Numbered from the stretch's first letter, positions 1-11,907 are shown. The stretch is 32,602 nucleotides of DNA from Bigelowiella natans CCMP2755 (GCA_000320545.1 ADNK01001862.1:1-32602), one strand, 5' to 3'. The notes: generated by a model from the letters alone, not told the origin. Translations and numbers: made by a program.

Positions 1-10
1 TTTACAGAAC

Positions 11-1529
11 CTAAAGAGACGTGTGTATCGTTCGTGGAAGGAGAATAATCGTGCACCCAACAACAACCTCATGTTTTTTTGCCCTGCTGCAAATGGTCGT
101 GTAGCGTGACAAAAGACATCGGTATTTTCCCCTTGAAAAAGTTGCTACACTTCATTAAATGAATCCAACCCCCCCCCCCCCCCCTTTCCCTTACCCACCC
201 CATCTGTTCGGAAGTCGCGATCCCCATCGAAACACTGGTTGGAGTGATCTGTCAGCTTCCACGGAGGCAATTCTAATAATGATAACAATAATAATAATAA
301 TAATAATAATAGTAATAAGTGAGGACAGGATGAGCGCGCTTGCCGTGCATTTGTTGGTATTATTATCAGAGATTAGTTGTTGGCTCTTTAGCTAGATCGA
401 AGATGTGAGTGTCATCATGATCATCATCGTACTTGTCCCGATTAGGTGCCTGGCGTAATCCTCATGGTCCTTGCGGTTCATGAGAGCTAGAGACTGCGAC
501 ACACGCAGTGGTATAGTCCACAGCCTATGCATGCACACCATTATCATCATCATTCTGATCGTCATCATCATCACCATAGCTATATCACCATAGTCCCTTC
601 CACCATTCGATCACATCATCGTACACCCCCCCCCTCGCAACCATCACCACGCAGAAGTATCATCACATGTTCCGGCATCATTTGAAGGAAGAAGGAGAAC
701 TACTTTTCATCGGTCGGGTATTCAGGCCTCGGTAGCGGGGTACCCATGAACGAACTTCCACCGGCCACGCCTCCAACTAACCGCAGGGGGGGAGAAGGAA
801 TCGAGGAGAGAGGAAGTGAGAGGACCAAAAAAATACTATTGATATGCGCGCGCGCGCGCGCGTGTATGTGTGTATGTGCCGTAATAAGGAGAGAGAAAGG
901 GAGGGAGAATACCTGATTTCGAGGAAGAAGAAGATGATGATGATGTTCCAGAAGAGCTACTCGTCTTTTTGCTGCTGCTGCTACTGATGGAGGTGGCACC
1001 GCTTTGTTCAAAGTGCGTTACCTCATACACTTTCTCCGTTATCTCCCCTACGAGCTTGCCGAACATCGACGAAATAGGACCGCCGCTATTGCTTGAGGCG
1101 CTACGAGTACTGTCCTTTGAAGGAGATGACGACGACGACGAAGATGATGATAATGATGAGGAACCTTTCCTGCCCCCGCTTCCTTTCTTTTTCTCCTCTT
1201 TTCGGTCAAGGACGAAGAGGCTCACTCCATTTTTTGACACTCGTGTTGAGGCTAATTCAGCCTGTGGAAATGATGAATTAAAGTAAAAGATGTGATTGCG
1301 ACAATGGCCCTCGTACTACCAATCCGAACATCGAAACTATAATTTCACATTAAGCAGCATGCCGTGCTAAAGGTTACCGATGACTTAAGATAACAGGAAC
1401 TTCTCCATAACGCGAAGCCGTGACATTTAGCGTTATTCTCACACGCTGTTTTGCAGTCCGTGGCCTTGTAATGGATGATCATGACGATGACACGATGACA
1501 GCAATATCACTATTAACATTTTCTTTATG

Positions 1530-1572
<43 letters not shown>

Positions 1573-2221
1573 TATTTGTACATATTCTGTAAAACTTACC
1601 ATTGGCCCAGAACGTGACTCGATATACTGTAAATCGTTCCCCGGTGAGCCGTCCGAGTTGTCATATTTCGTCCACTTCTTCTGTGCATTATGCTTTGGTG
1701 TTGGATCGATTTTTGGAATAGAGGACGACGTCTTGCCACCAGACATGGAAGAAGAAGAAGAAGAAGATGATGATGATGATGATGACGAAGAAGCCGTCGC
1801 AAAGTGCACTTCTGCTTCACGCAAGACCTGGTAGACATCCACAAGACATAAAAGCTGTTATCGCATCGCACGAAGCGTACGAAGTCCTCTTCTATTTTTA
1901 CGTACCCCGCCCTCTGCTCGGTCATTTCGTCCACCATTTAATGCATCGAGCTTCGAGTGCTCAGAGTACAGGTTGAGAAGGAACAAAACTAGGAACGATC
2001 CCACCACAATCTACGTTACGCACGTGCAGAAACAGAGTATTATTCAAATGGATGATAATGATGAGGAGCTAAGCCTTCTAAAAAGCCCTCCAGAGACACA
2101 AATATCAACTCAAAATGATGCTTTGGACTGGATGTGCCCCGGCGAATGCTAGAAGGAAAGTCGGTGCGATGTGTTAAGAGCTGAGATTTTGCTGAAATCT
2201 ACATACATCGAGGGTGCGCAT
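11..2221 (-). CDS. Multi-exon gene for a Ser-rich type II membrane or secreted protein of unknown function; 3' end lies outside the window
   Basis: Phase-consistent GT-AG exons: 2221-2207 (MRTLD), 2010-1906 (IVVGSFLVLFLLNLYSEH..., a signal anchor), 1827-1600, 1261-~913, then ...VGGVAGGSSFMGTPLPRPEYPTDEK, LWTIPLRVSQSLALMNRKDHEDYARHLIGT, KLPPWKLTDHSNQCFDGDRDFRTDGW and GKKNMRLLLGARLFSFHERYTRLF. An N-terminal TM plus poly-Ser stem is typical of Golgi-type enzymes, but I recognise no family. Confidence 0.7.
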
Positions 2222-3572
2222 TGTTGGAACTGCCCCGCGACGAAAGCTCTCGGATGGGAAGAGCCGTAGTTAGCCAGTCCGTTTCAAGAAACTTCTGGAG
2301 GGCGGTGTATGTGTTCTTCCCTCTCTACCGTCCCCTCCGAAACAGTCCGCGTCTCTTCCAGCTCCTGGATCGCGGGTTGTGGGGGCCGATTATCTCAATA
2401 TTATATATTGGGAAATATTACCGACGATGTTGTTGTATATCGATGCGAAGACTGCCAACTTATCGATTACATATTTTGCGGATCCAACAGAATGTTGATG
2501 AATTGGTAAGATATTTCTAGCGTAAATGTTTATCCCTGTAAAGATATCAATTCTGAAACACTTTCCCTGTATGACGTAGTTTTTTCTTCCTAATTTCTAT
2601 TTGAGATTCAATTCTATTTGTCGTTTATCAAGAATAACCTTTAATTGGATGTATGTACATGAGGCCTAATAATACAAATAGCCATATTGAAATCCATGCT
2701 GAAATCATAGTACGACGTGGATTTCTGAAGGAAAATGCGCTGGGTAAAAAAATTCCGCACGTGACGAAATTCTCGAAACTTGGGTAAAATAAGTTGTTGA
2801 AATATACATAAATATACAATATTTTCACAAACATAATTTATTTTATACATTATGCCTCAAATGATTTGAAAATAATATAATATATGGGTGCAGAAGAAAT
2901 TTCGATAAGAAACTTTATGCTGAAGGAATTATTTCAGAACTTTATAATGCATCATCGTTAAGTAATATGTTTAATTATACTTTATAAAATTATATCCGAC
3001 AAGAGATAAATTTTTAAAAAGTTGTAAATTTAATTTGTTGGCGAGATTTAAGGTTAAATTTTATTGCTGGAAATCTTCAGCCTTCTGAATGACACATACC
3101 AGTATATCCTCTTTTATTATAGTTGATCTATAAAGGGTCTAATTCAAATACGACATCAGAAATATTTAGACGTTAAAAAAATAAGAAGGAGATTTAACCT
3201 TTCTTTGACGTATGGCAAGCTTCCTCGCGTCTCTTAATGTGTTCAGAGTTAGAACTGCGGCTTTGTTTGCATCCTCCCTCTCCTTCCCTCTCAGACTTTC
3301 CTCGTTCAAGGTGGGCGAATACCTTGGGGCTAGGGATTGGGAGGCTAGGATATTCAATATTTATTAGATTTTCATTTTTTTGGAAAACTACTGGCGAGAT
3401 TTCTTTTTCTATTTTTCCGTCCCGTATCATTCACTGGTCAATTCGTAGTCCTGAGACCACCTCGGACCCGCCGGCTCAAATGGGTTAGAATAAGATGGGC
3501 GCGATAACATAGTAGCTCAAAAAATGCTAAATCCATTGTTTTTTTATTAGGTATCTCCTGGCCTCGAAAAAG

Positions 3573-4256
3573 ATGTCTTACTGCGGAAGCAAACACAAGT
3601 GTACTGCATCCACCAAACGCAGATCGCCTTCTAACCATAATTGCAGCAATGGAAATAAGAGGCAAAAGAAAAGGAAAAGTTCACGTTTGAGGAAAGAAAT
3701 TGCTCAATGCCCACATTGTAGTGCCTTACACAGGGAAATAAACCTGGATTCTAAGGAGCTTTTGAGGACCTTAGAGATCGGTTACTGGAAACGATCTGAA
3801 GAATGTTCTCGAAGAAAGAAAGAGCACATGGAGCGAATTGAGGGTAACGGGACTGTATCTATGGAAGATTGGGTTTTGCAAACTACTTTGAAAGGCACAG
3901 ATCATGCCATGGAGAAGAACCAATTTCCGTACCAAACGCCGAGGAACATTGAACACTGGACGCTGTGGGCCTTGCATGAAATGGATCGCCGTGAGATCGA
4001 ACGTTTTGTCTATGACTACATTCGAAAAAATATGCCTGATGTCGTGGCATGGGAGTACGATGAAAATAGTCATCGCTCAATACACATTTTTCATGTTCAT
4101 GTGTACCTCAAGTTTAAGGATCGATCCCGACATAACGCCGAATTTGAGACTCCTCCGAGGGACGAACCCAATTCACGCTCGCACTCTGAAGAGAAAGACA
4201 GCCGTCGATCACGGTCTAGGTCATCCTCTTGTCAGCGAGAGTCTTCTTTACGTTAA
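3573..4256 (+). CDS. DUF3605 (GIG1-like, HIT-like fold) protein with an intronless CDS
   Basis: 227-aa ORF with NQFPYQTPRNIEHWTLW and ENSHRSIHIFHVHVY, matching the DUF3605 pattern (NxFPY...IEHxxLW...SI...HxHV) as I recall it. It also has an N-terminal basic stretch, a CPHC motif and an RS-rich tail. Confidence 0.75.
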   Translation: MSYCGSKHKCTASTKRRSPSNHNCSNGNKRQKKRKSSRLRKEIAQCPHCSALHREINLDSKELLRTLEIGYWKRSEECSRRKKEHMERIEGNGTVSMEDWVLQTTLKGTDHAMEKNQFPYQTPRNIEHWTLWALHEMDRREIERFVYDYIRKNMPDVVAWEYDENSHRSIHIFHVHVYLKFKDRSRHNAEFETPPRDEPNSRSHSEEKDSRRSRSRSSSCQRESSLR

Positions 4257-4420
4257 ATTACAAGTGGATACTGCTCCGCGCAACACATATTAATCCTAGA
4301 AGGACGGAATGTTGGTCTTGGAACCAAGACGACAAACCGGAGTGGGATTGTAAGGAATTGTGTCTCTGTCATGTCGTTTCAAAGATGTGATTTTATTTAA
4401 AGGAAGAAGAGTTGAGCTTG

Positions 4421-4449
4421 AAGACTTTCTAAGACTTTCTAAGACTTCT
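4421..4449. repeat. Short tandem repeat (AAGACTTTCT) x~3
   Basis: aagactttct aagactttct aagacttct, read directly from the sequence. Confidence 0.8.
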
Positions 4450-5364
4450 CGACGGCCAGCAGATAGTACACGATCACCACTACACTTTCTGAGTTTTTGG
4501 GTCTTCGTGATCTGTTCTGTCGTATTGTGTCACACAGGGTCTTTAATATTTTGGCCAAAAAGTTAGAAGTACATGTTGTATTGATGTAGGTAGATCACTC
4601 AAAATATCTGTGAGCACAAAGAAGGAACTGGTATCATCTAGACATCTTCATAAAATAAAAAACTTAAAAACTTAAAACACTGAAATTTCGATGTATGTAA
4701 ACAAACAATGTACGCATTTTGAATAAAAATGAAATAAATAGAACTTTTGGGACATCATTGTCCCTTGGAATGAACTACATTTTCTTTGTGCTGAATTCTA
4801 GTGTTACGCACCTTTACCGTTAGCGTAGTGATTGCCCTCGCGTTATTTGTCGCATGTCATGTATCACGTGCGTCTTGACATGACGTATCGATATCATGCA
4901 TGGGCCTATGCTACATCCAGCTAGCCAGCTGCGTACATCGCATCGTGACAGCTCATAGCAAAAGGCAGCGAAATTTCTATCTGGGCAGATAGGGACTTTA
5001 ATGTCTATTGCATGTGGCATTAGCTCTAGACTAGTCTATAGTAGTAGAGCTGGTCTCACTCTCATGCAGCACTTAGCTACTAGAGCTACAGCGCTACGTA
5101 CATCTAGGTATTGTGTACGTGTCTATGCATGACTGCGAGCGCTGACATACTAGCATAGCGAGTGCACAGCTTAATATGTCTAAATAAGCAGGCACACTTA
5201 GTAAGTGTTGTAATTCGATTTGTCCAGGCGCTGCCACTAGATAAATACATTGCATCCGTCTTATTGTGGCATAGCATCCTGTCTAGCAGGTACAGAGTGA
5301 TCTAGCTAGCTAGCCAGCTAGCTCGTCTAATGCTAGCAATGTGGAGTCACATGTAGTGCACTAG

Positions 5365-5881
5365 CCTTCCCCGCAAAATCGGTGTGCAAGCAAAATCGGT
5401 TTTTTGACATTGCAAAATCAATTTTGCACCGTGCAAAATCGGTTTTGCGTGCAAGTTGGTCACAGTGCTGATTGGCACCCCCCCCAATCCCAACCCACAC
5501 GCGCAGGAACGTGCCTGTGTTCCAGTGTTTGCTCTTGTCCACCACGCTAGCACGATGAGCTTCCATAATTTCCGCTTCTTTCCACACCTTGTTTTTTGGC
5601 GTGGAGAGCAGACGTGGTGGACGTGGTCAGTTTGTGTGTTGTTTGCTTGTGAGGACACGCAACCCCACTTGTGCAGGTTTGATGACTCTGTCAGAGTCGC
5701 CCCTTTCAGACCCGGCTTGTGCAGGGCATTTTCACGCACACGTGTCGGTCAAAAACTTCATTTTTGCACGAAAAATCGGTGATTCACCGATTCTGGTCAA
5801 AACATCGATTTTGGACATGCAAAATCCGTTTTTGCAATGTCAAAAAACCGATTTTGCTTGCACACCGATTTTGCTGGAAAG
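5365..5881. mobile_element. Non-autonomous DNA transposon (MITE), 517 bp, flanked by CTAG
   Basis: Perfect 45-bp inverted repeat at 5373-5417 and 5830-5874 (GCAAAATCGGTGTGCAAGCAAAATCGGTTTTTTGACATTGCAAAA). Similar termini: CCTTCCCC on the left, CTTTCCA on the right (reverse complement). CTAG at 5361-5364 and 5882-5885. Repeated GCAAAATCGGT subterminal motifs. No transposase ORF. Confidence 0.85.
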
Positions 5882-6658
5882 CTAGCTAGTAGCTAGCTAG
5901 CGCACGCTGTGCATGGAGCATGCTAGCATGGCATGTGGTGTAGTCAGATCGATCTAGCGATATGTATGGCTACGCACGATGCGCATCTCTAGTGCGGCGC
6001 TCATGCAGCCCTACAGGTACGTGGGCACATACATGCACCACAGTGTAGGCCACCCTCATATAGCGTTACGATACACACACACACAGCACACACACTATCA
6101 CAGTGACGACTAAATACAAGTCTACGTCAATAAATTGTAGTGCATTTTGCGCAGTATAGCAGCGCTAGAGCGTAGGTAGACTCGCTAGCATTTCATTTGT
6201 ATGTTGCGTATGCTCGTACAATTGCAATGTGCAAATGCATGCGCACGCACGTAGCAGTTCTAGAGTTCAAACGATTTTCAAACATCAACTCATTACATCC
6301 GTCTTATAGTCTCACACATGAACGTAGCGTAGCTCTAGAGCTGTGTGCACATCTAGACATGCCACATGCGCATGCATGCTAGCTATAGCAAGCTAGTTAA
6401 CTCTAAATCTATAACAGATTTCTAGGATAGAAGGAATAAAGCCACGCAAGACAGTTTTCGAGTGCCGTGCATATTCGTATCATAGCAAGTCATACTAGCA
6501 TAGCGTAGCTTAGACCGATTATGTGTAGCTGGTGGCGACACAGGCATGTGTACATACACGCGCATACTACTGCTATGCTATGTGTATGCAGTCTATCTGC
6601 CTAGCTACGGCATGAATAAGTAAACATGTGCGCTATGTTAATAGCTGCTATAAATAGC

Positions 6659-6696
<38 letters not shown>

Positions 6697-6771
6697 GTGT
6701 ACAGATATACGATGTTTAAAAAAAATTGTATATAATAAACCTGGATAATTAATCTGTAACATCGAGAGGCA

Positions 6772-8266
6772 CTAATGAAACGTGAGTTTCCAGAAGAGTG
6801 CCGCAAGGATACACTGCAAGGCAGCACGAGTGGCATGGCCCTCTGGATAAGGAATCGGTGGGACCTTATCACCCATTCGAGCGTCGTGTGTGAACATGTA
6901 GATGTTTGCGGGGGTGACTGCTGCTAGTAGTGCGAGCAACATGAAAGCGGGGAATTGGACTGGCAATGGAACAGCCCCGACTCCCGCCCCTGCTAACGCC
7001 AAACCTCCAGCAATCTCCGCAACACCGCTCCAGTAGGAGTGATACTGATCATAGGAAAGTTTGAGTGTCTTGGATCCTGGGGCTGGTACCTGCCAAAGTC
7101 CCCCCCATGTTCCTGGAGGCGGCACAATGGCTGTGAAGGCGTCCGGAAGCAAGAAATGGGCGGTGCCAGCGCTGGCAAAGATCAATCCGAGTGGAACTGG
7201 CCATGTCACGTCGCGGAAAAAAGCAAACCACCCATCTGGGAGCGTGTTCTCAAGCCCTGACAACAGAGCAACGCATGCGTACGAACCGAACAGTAGACCT
7301 CCAACAATGGCACCGAAGACGAGCTTCTGCTGATCTGCTGGCATCGCTGATACAAGGATGGAAGGGTCGGGCCGGGGAACATTGAATGGATCTGCTGCAT
7401 TTCCTTGTTGCGCCACCGCCTTCACAGCCTCCTCCTCCTCCTGCTGGGATTGCGTCACAAGCTGTTTCTGATGTGGTTCTTTAGGGATGGTTGCAGCTGG
7501 AGTCGGGGATTTCTTTCCTTCATTATCAAGCTTTGAAGAGGACTCTCGAACACCGAGAGGAGGGATATCTAGCGATGGTGGACTCGGTACATCGATGGAT
7601 GGCATCTGGAGAGATGGAGGTCCGCCGCGGAGCGCAACTGCCCCTGCAACTCCCACCGCAGCAAGGCCACCAAGCGGTGCAAGTGGTATCTCACCATCGT
7701 CGCTTCCTGACGATGAGGAGGAAGCTTTCTTCTTTTTCGGCTCGGGTGGTTTGGTGCTAGAAAGGCCGGCTGCGTAGTCGTACGCCGCCAGGGCGGAGCT
7801 ACCAATGGGGATGGGCGAGTGGGTGAGAGCACGGACAACTAGTACATACTATGAAAATGAAACATCTACTAAAAATCATTGTCGTCGTAGGTAAGAGTAA
7901 GTTGGCACGGCGGTCCACAACTCGGCGAGTATCAATATCGTGAACGGGATATTTAATGAGTAGAGAAAGAGAGGGGAGAGAGATTGAGGAGTACCCAGTG
8001 TCAAGATCAAGGTCATTCTCATCAATTTCGGCTGAAGCTCGACGGTTGAGGGTTCCAGCGGTGATGGCACCACCCAAGCCAATCAGAGCGTGCCTCCTGC
8101 TCCCCGAGTCGGTGGAGGAGAAAGAAGGACGAGCGCCAACATTCACGCTACGGGCTATTGCACGACGAACTGTATTTGCACCGCTATGAGAACGCAAGCG
8201 AGGCGTTGATTGCGGTGATGCAAGAGTCTTGCATGCCCCCATAACAATCAGCAATTGAGCAAGCAT
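6772..8266 (-). CDS. Plastid/thylakoid-targeted DoxX-like polytopic membrane protein, 2 exons, ~432 aa
   Basis: Exon 1 8266-7995, GT-AG intron 7994-7799 (phase 2), exon 2 7798-6772. The C-terminal motifs [45 protein letters not shown] and RAALQ fit DoxX-like membrane proteins. The N-terminus has a signal peptide, an R/S-rich transit peptide and an RR...ASA signal. Confidence 0.8.
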
Positions 8267-8731
8267 ACGAGTAGCTCGTAACGGCGGAAAGGGGCCGGCA
8301 ACCAAAAGAAAAAGAGTTGTGAAAATATTTACATTTGTACCAGAATTTTCGTCGGAAATTCCACCCTATTTGGATGACGTAGGAGGCAAATTCCCTCCTT
8401 TGAAAAAACTAGTGAGCGCTCAACTCGTGGATTGATATAGGCAATTTTTAGCTGGGGAACTACTGCTACGTCACCAGTACCGGACAACAACAACAACAAC
8501 AACAACAAGTGCATCCGAACCCCGGTCTCGCGAAGCGAAAAGGGGGAGGGGGGAGGGAACCGAAACGGCGACACACTTGCAGAATAACCGCTAGCTAGCG
8601 GGAAAAGTAAGGGGAAACCAGGGAAGAAGGAGGAGGTTGACCTCGATCCCTTTATCTTGGCCTATACGTGAGGCTGTTAGGAAGTGATTCTGACCCCTCT
8701 CCTGCGCCCCCCCCTTCGCCATCATCGCGCA

Positions 8732-10257
8732 ATGCCCACGTTTCTCGACAGGTGAGGAGAGGAAGCATTTAACGAGAGGGGTCAGATATTTTGGGGAAGG
8801 GAATACTTGCATTTTTGTTCTCTTTGGGGATCGGGAGGTTGTAGAAGAAGACAGGACTATCTGCTTTGTTCATTATCCTACTCACTTACACATCTATTTT
8901 CTTTCTGTCCTGCGGAAGGTTGCTGAAGTTTCTGTCCACAGTTGATGGTCATGATAAGACTCTTAAGGTACGCAGTCGTCTACTCTTCTGAAAACATGAA
9001 GAACAGCGAAGAAGAAGAAGAAGAAGTAGACGAAGTAGAAGGAGGAGGAGGAGGAGGAGGAGGAGGAGGAGAGACGCCACAAGCCGATTCCCATCCCTGA
9101 TATCTTGAGTTTTCTGTGTGACTGCCACCACACGAAGATTGAATGTGAATGACACCGTGTGTGGTGCGTCCAATTGGGCTCGATTTGCAATGGATGAATG
9201 TTTATATTGTGCCACAGGCGATCCAGTACGGCGCAAAGCTGTGCATTCTGAGCGGTAGCTGTTAGGAGAGAATTGCCCCACATATAATCTGCTATCAGAC
9301 AGAGCTGCTCAATATGTCTCACAAATATTAAAGCATGCGACCGCCACTATTGTTCAGGGAAGCTGACGTTCAAGCCAACAGCGATGCCGATATTGTTCAT
9401 CAGGCTGCAGCACCTCTATAGAATCCTGCAGAGGTTGCTCAACACCAAAGAATGAATAATCCAACAGGGTCACAGTGTACGAAAACCCACCCATATTTTT
9501 GATACACGACACGTCGAATTCACAGGCTATGTCCCAGTCTGTATATAAACTATTTGATGTGCTTTGTTTTTGCAATCGATCCGTGGACGTTGTTGCCAAC
9601 GTTAAGGCAGGGTGGTCATCACATGATCCACCACTGCGCCTGTCGTGTCCTAGCGCTCGCTTGAGAGCTGAGCGACGCTTTTTCTGCGTTCATACTACTA
9701 ATCCACAAATCATGATAACAGCTCTCGATTCGTTACGCGACTGGGATATTGGCTGAATTCATACTCACGCCTCTTATGGCATATACGATCAGGTAGTAGA
9801 GTCGCTGGTGGTGGTGGGTGGTGGTGGTAATGTGTAATAGCACAGCAGTAGCAGCAGTCATTTATTCACATCGGACTATGTGTTTTCTACTCTCGTTTTC
9901 CTTCTTATTCGGAACCCTTAAAAACAACAACAACAACAAAACAAGGGGCGATTTTCAAGCTGTCTGCTGACCCGCGGGAAAGGCTATTCGAGGTTGATCG
10001 TTGCATGTTAAGTAGGAGGAGTAGCGCTCATTCACCGCCTCTTAATGCAATCGCTGCTCAGTGTAGTTTCTCACATCGTACTGCTGCTGTGATAATGTTA
10101 GATTCTTGACATGCTCGAGACTGTTATCCAGCTGCTAGAGGGTGGGTAGGAGGAGTCATCATCGTCACTGTAGAAGATATAAGCATAGCATGAATGAATA
10201 CGGCCGGTAGCGATGGAGATTCGTAGAATTACCATGCACTCATTGCTTATAGATCGA

Positions 10258-10333
<76 letters not shown>

Positions 10334-11140
10334 GATTCTAGTGCTATTATCCCACAAGTCCCTCTCTGTCCTCTCTTTCCACTCATTTCTGCGTGTGAAG
10401 GCTGGCTACAAGATCTGGTGATATTGTCGATGTACCATGCGTTGGATCCCGAGATCAATAGGAGGTACGCTGCTGCTGCTGCTGCTGCTGATGTGTTATG
10501 ATGGTGATGATGATAATAATAATAATAGTGATGGTGGTAATGATGCAAAGTTGCTGTCGATGACCTGCTAGCTGTAGAGCTTGCGCAATATTTAAGACGA
10601 CACGTAGGAACGAGATCAAGTACAACAAACGAATACAGAAGAAGAAGAAGAAGAAGAAGAAGAAGAAGAAGAAGAGAGGCACAAGAGGGGGGGGGGGAGG
10701 ATTGAGTCAGATGAGGGCGTTCGTTTATTCCTTAGAGGACCACAATAAATGACCTGCCTCTCCCCTCCCCTCCTCCTCCTTCGTCTTCTTCTTCTTCATC
10801 TCTTCACGATGTGATTTTCTTCTCTTATGATTAGATGGCGTGGGACGATGAACATCCTCTGGCTCACATGCGTACGACTTATGCTGTTTGCGTGGTGTCT
10901 ATCCGTGTTGTCTTCTTTCCTCTGCTGCTGCTGCTTGCTGCTGCTGCTAATGCCCCCTTTCGCTACCAATCCAAGCGGTTATCGATTCAAATGCATCGCT
11001 AATGACCATCATCATCATCATCATTATTGATCATGGTCGTTGTAATGTTGTTCTCGGTGATGAAAATACGATGAAATCCAAGTTGCTCATAAGCGGTGTG
11101 CTCATGCTAAGAAATTACCTCAACGCTCTTGGGTATAAAT

Positions 11141-11179
<39 letters not shown>

Positions 11180-11625
11180 AATATATATACACGCACGCTT
11201 CTATCCATACATTGCATATCATCATGGTGCTCCCCCCCCCCTCCCCATCATCATCCGTATCATCAGCGTCGTGAAGCTTGCGGAAGAAAGGAGGAGGAGG
11301 GGAGAAATAAGAGAAGAAGAACAACAGCAAAAAGAGGGAAACATGCAGCAGCGTTCGTCCAAACGGCAGCCAGCAGACAGTGTAGAGGTGCATAATCACG
11401 ATGATGATGCGGGCAACCAGGAGGATAAGGCTGTTTCAATGACGACTACAAGGAGAGGGAGGAGAGCAAAACCACTCACTATTGACACAAAACTTGCCAG
11501 TGTATATGACGACGACGATAACTGCAATCGAAGTGAGGAACAGTCGCGGCGGCGTATTTCTCCTATGAGGTAGTATTAGTAGTGTATTAGCAGTATCATC
11601 TAGCATTTATACAGCACTACGTCCA

Positions 11626-11672
<47 letters not shown>

Positions 11673-11865
11673 AATATGAATAAACAGATTTCACTGCTCA
11701 TTCGTTTGTTTGTTTATTTGTACTTATTGGACACATTGCTGCTGCTGTTGTAGCGCTCGAGTGTCTATTCGCATGCACACGCAGGAGCGCCGACTAGGAG
11801 TCATACATCCTGGTAGTGCTACCACAGCATTTTCAACGACGACAACAACTACGCATTAAAGCACG

Positions 11866-11907
<42 letters not shown>

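Noticed and set aside
1378-1445. Candidate exon RVRITLNVTASRYGEVPVILSH in the first gene
   Set aside because: Its 68 nt break the phase; direct splicing from 1600 to 1261 keeps the frame.
2490-2560. TGATGA...CTGA pair resembling a C/D-box snoRNA
   Set aside because: The terminal stem is weak, I recognise no rRNA guide, and these motifs are expected by chance.
2274-3488. A protein-looking + frame interrupted by TAA/TAG/TGA, suggesting stop-codon reassignment or a deaminated pseudogene
   Set aside because: About 18 stops in ~400 codons is close to chance for AT-rich DNA, I recognise no homology, and the real genes here end at TAA, TAG and TGA under the standard code.
5333-5885. ORFs of 84-130 aa inside the MITE
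   Set aside because: There are no transposase motifs, and the shared peptide QCQKTDFACTPIL on both strands just reflects the inverted repeat.
10572-10619. Candidate 48-nt in-frame PEX11 exon
   Set aside because: It is not needed; skipping it gives the more Pex11-like EINRRWRGTMNILW.
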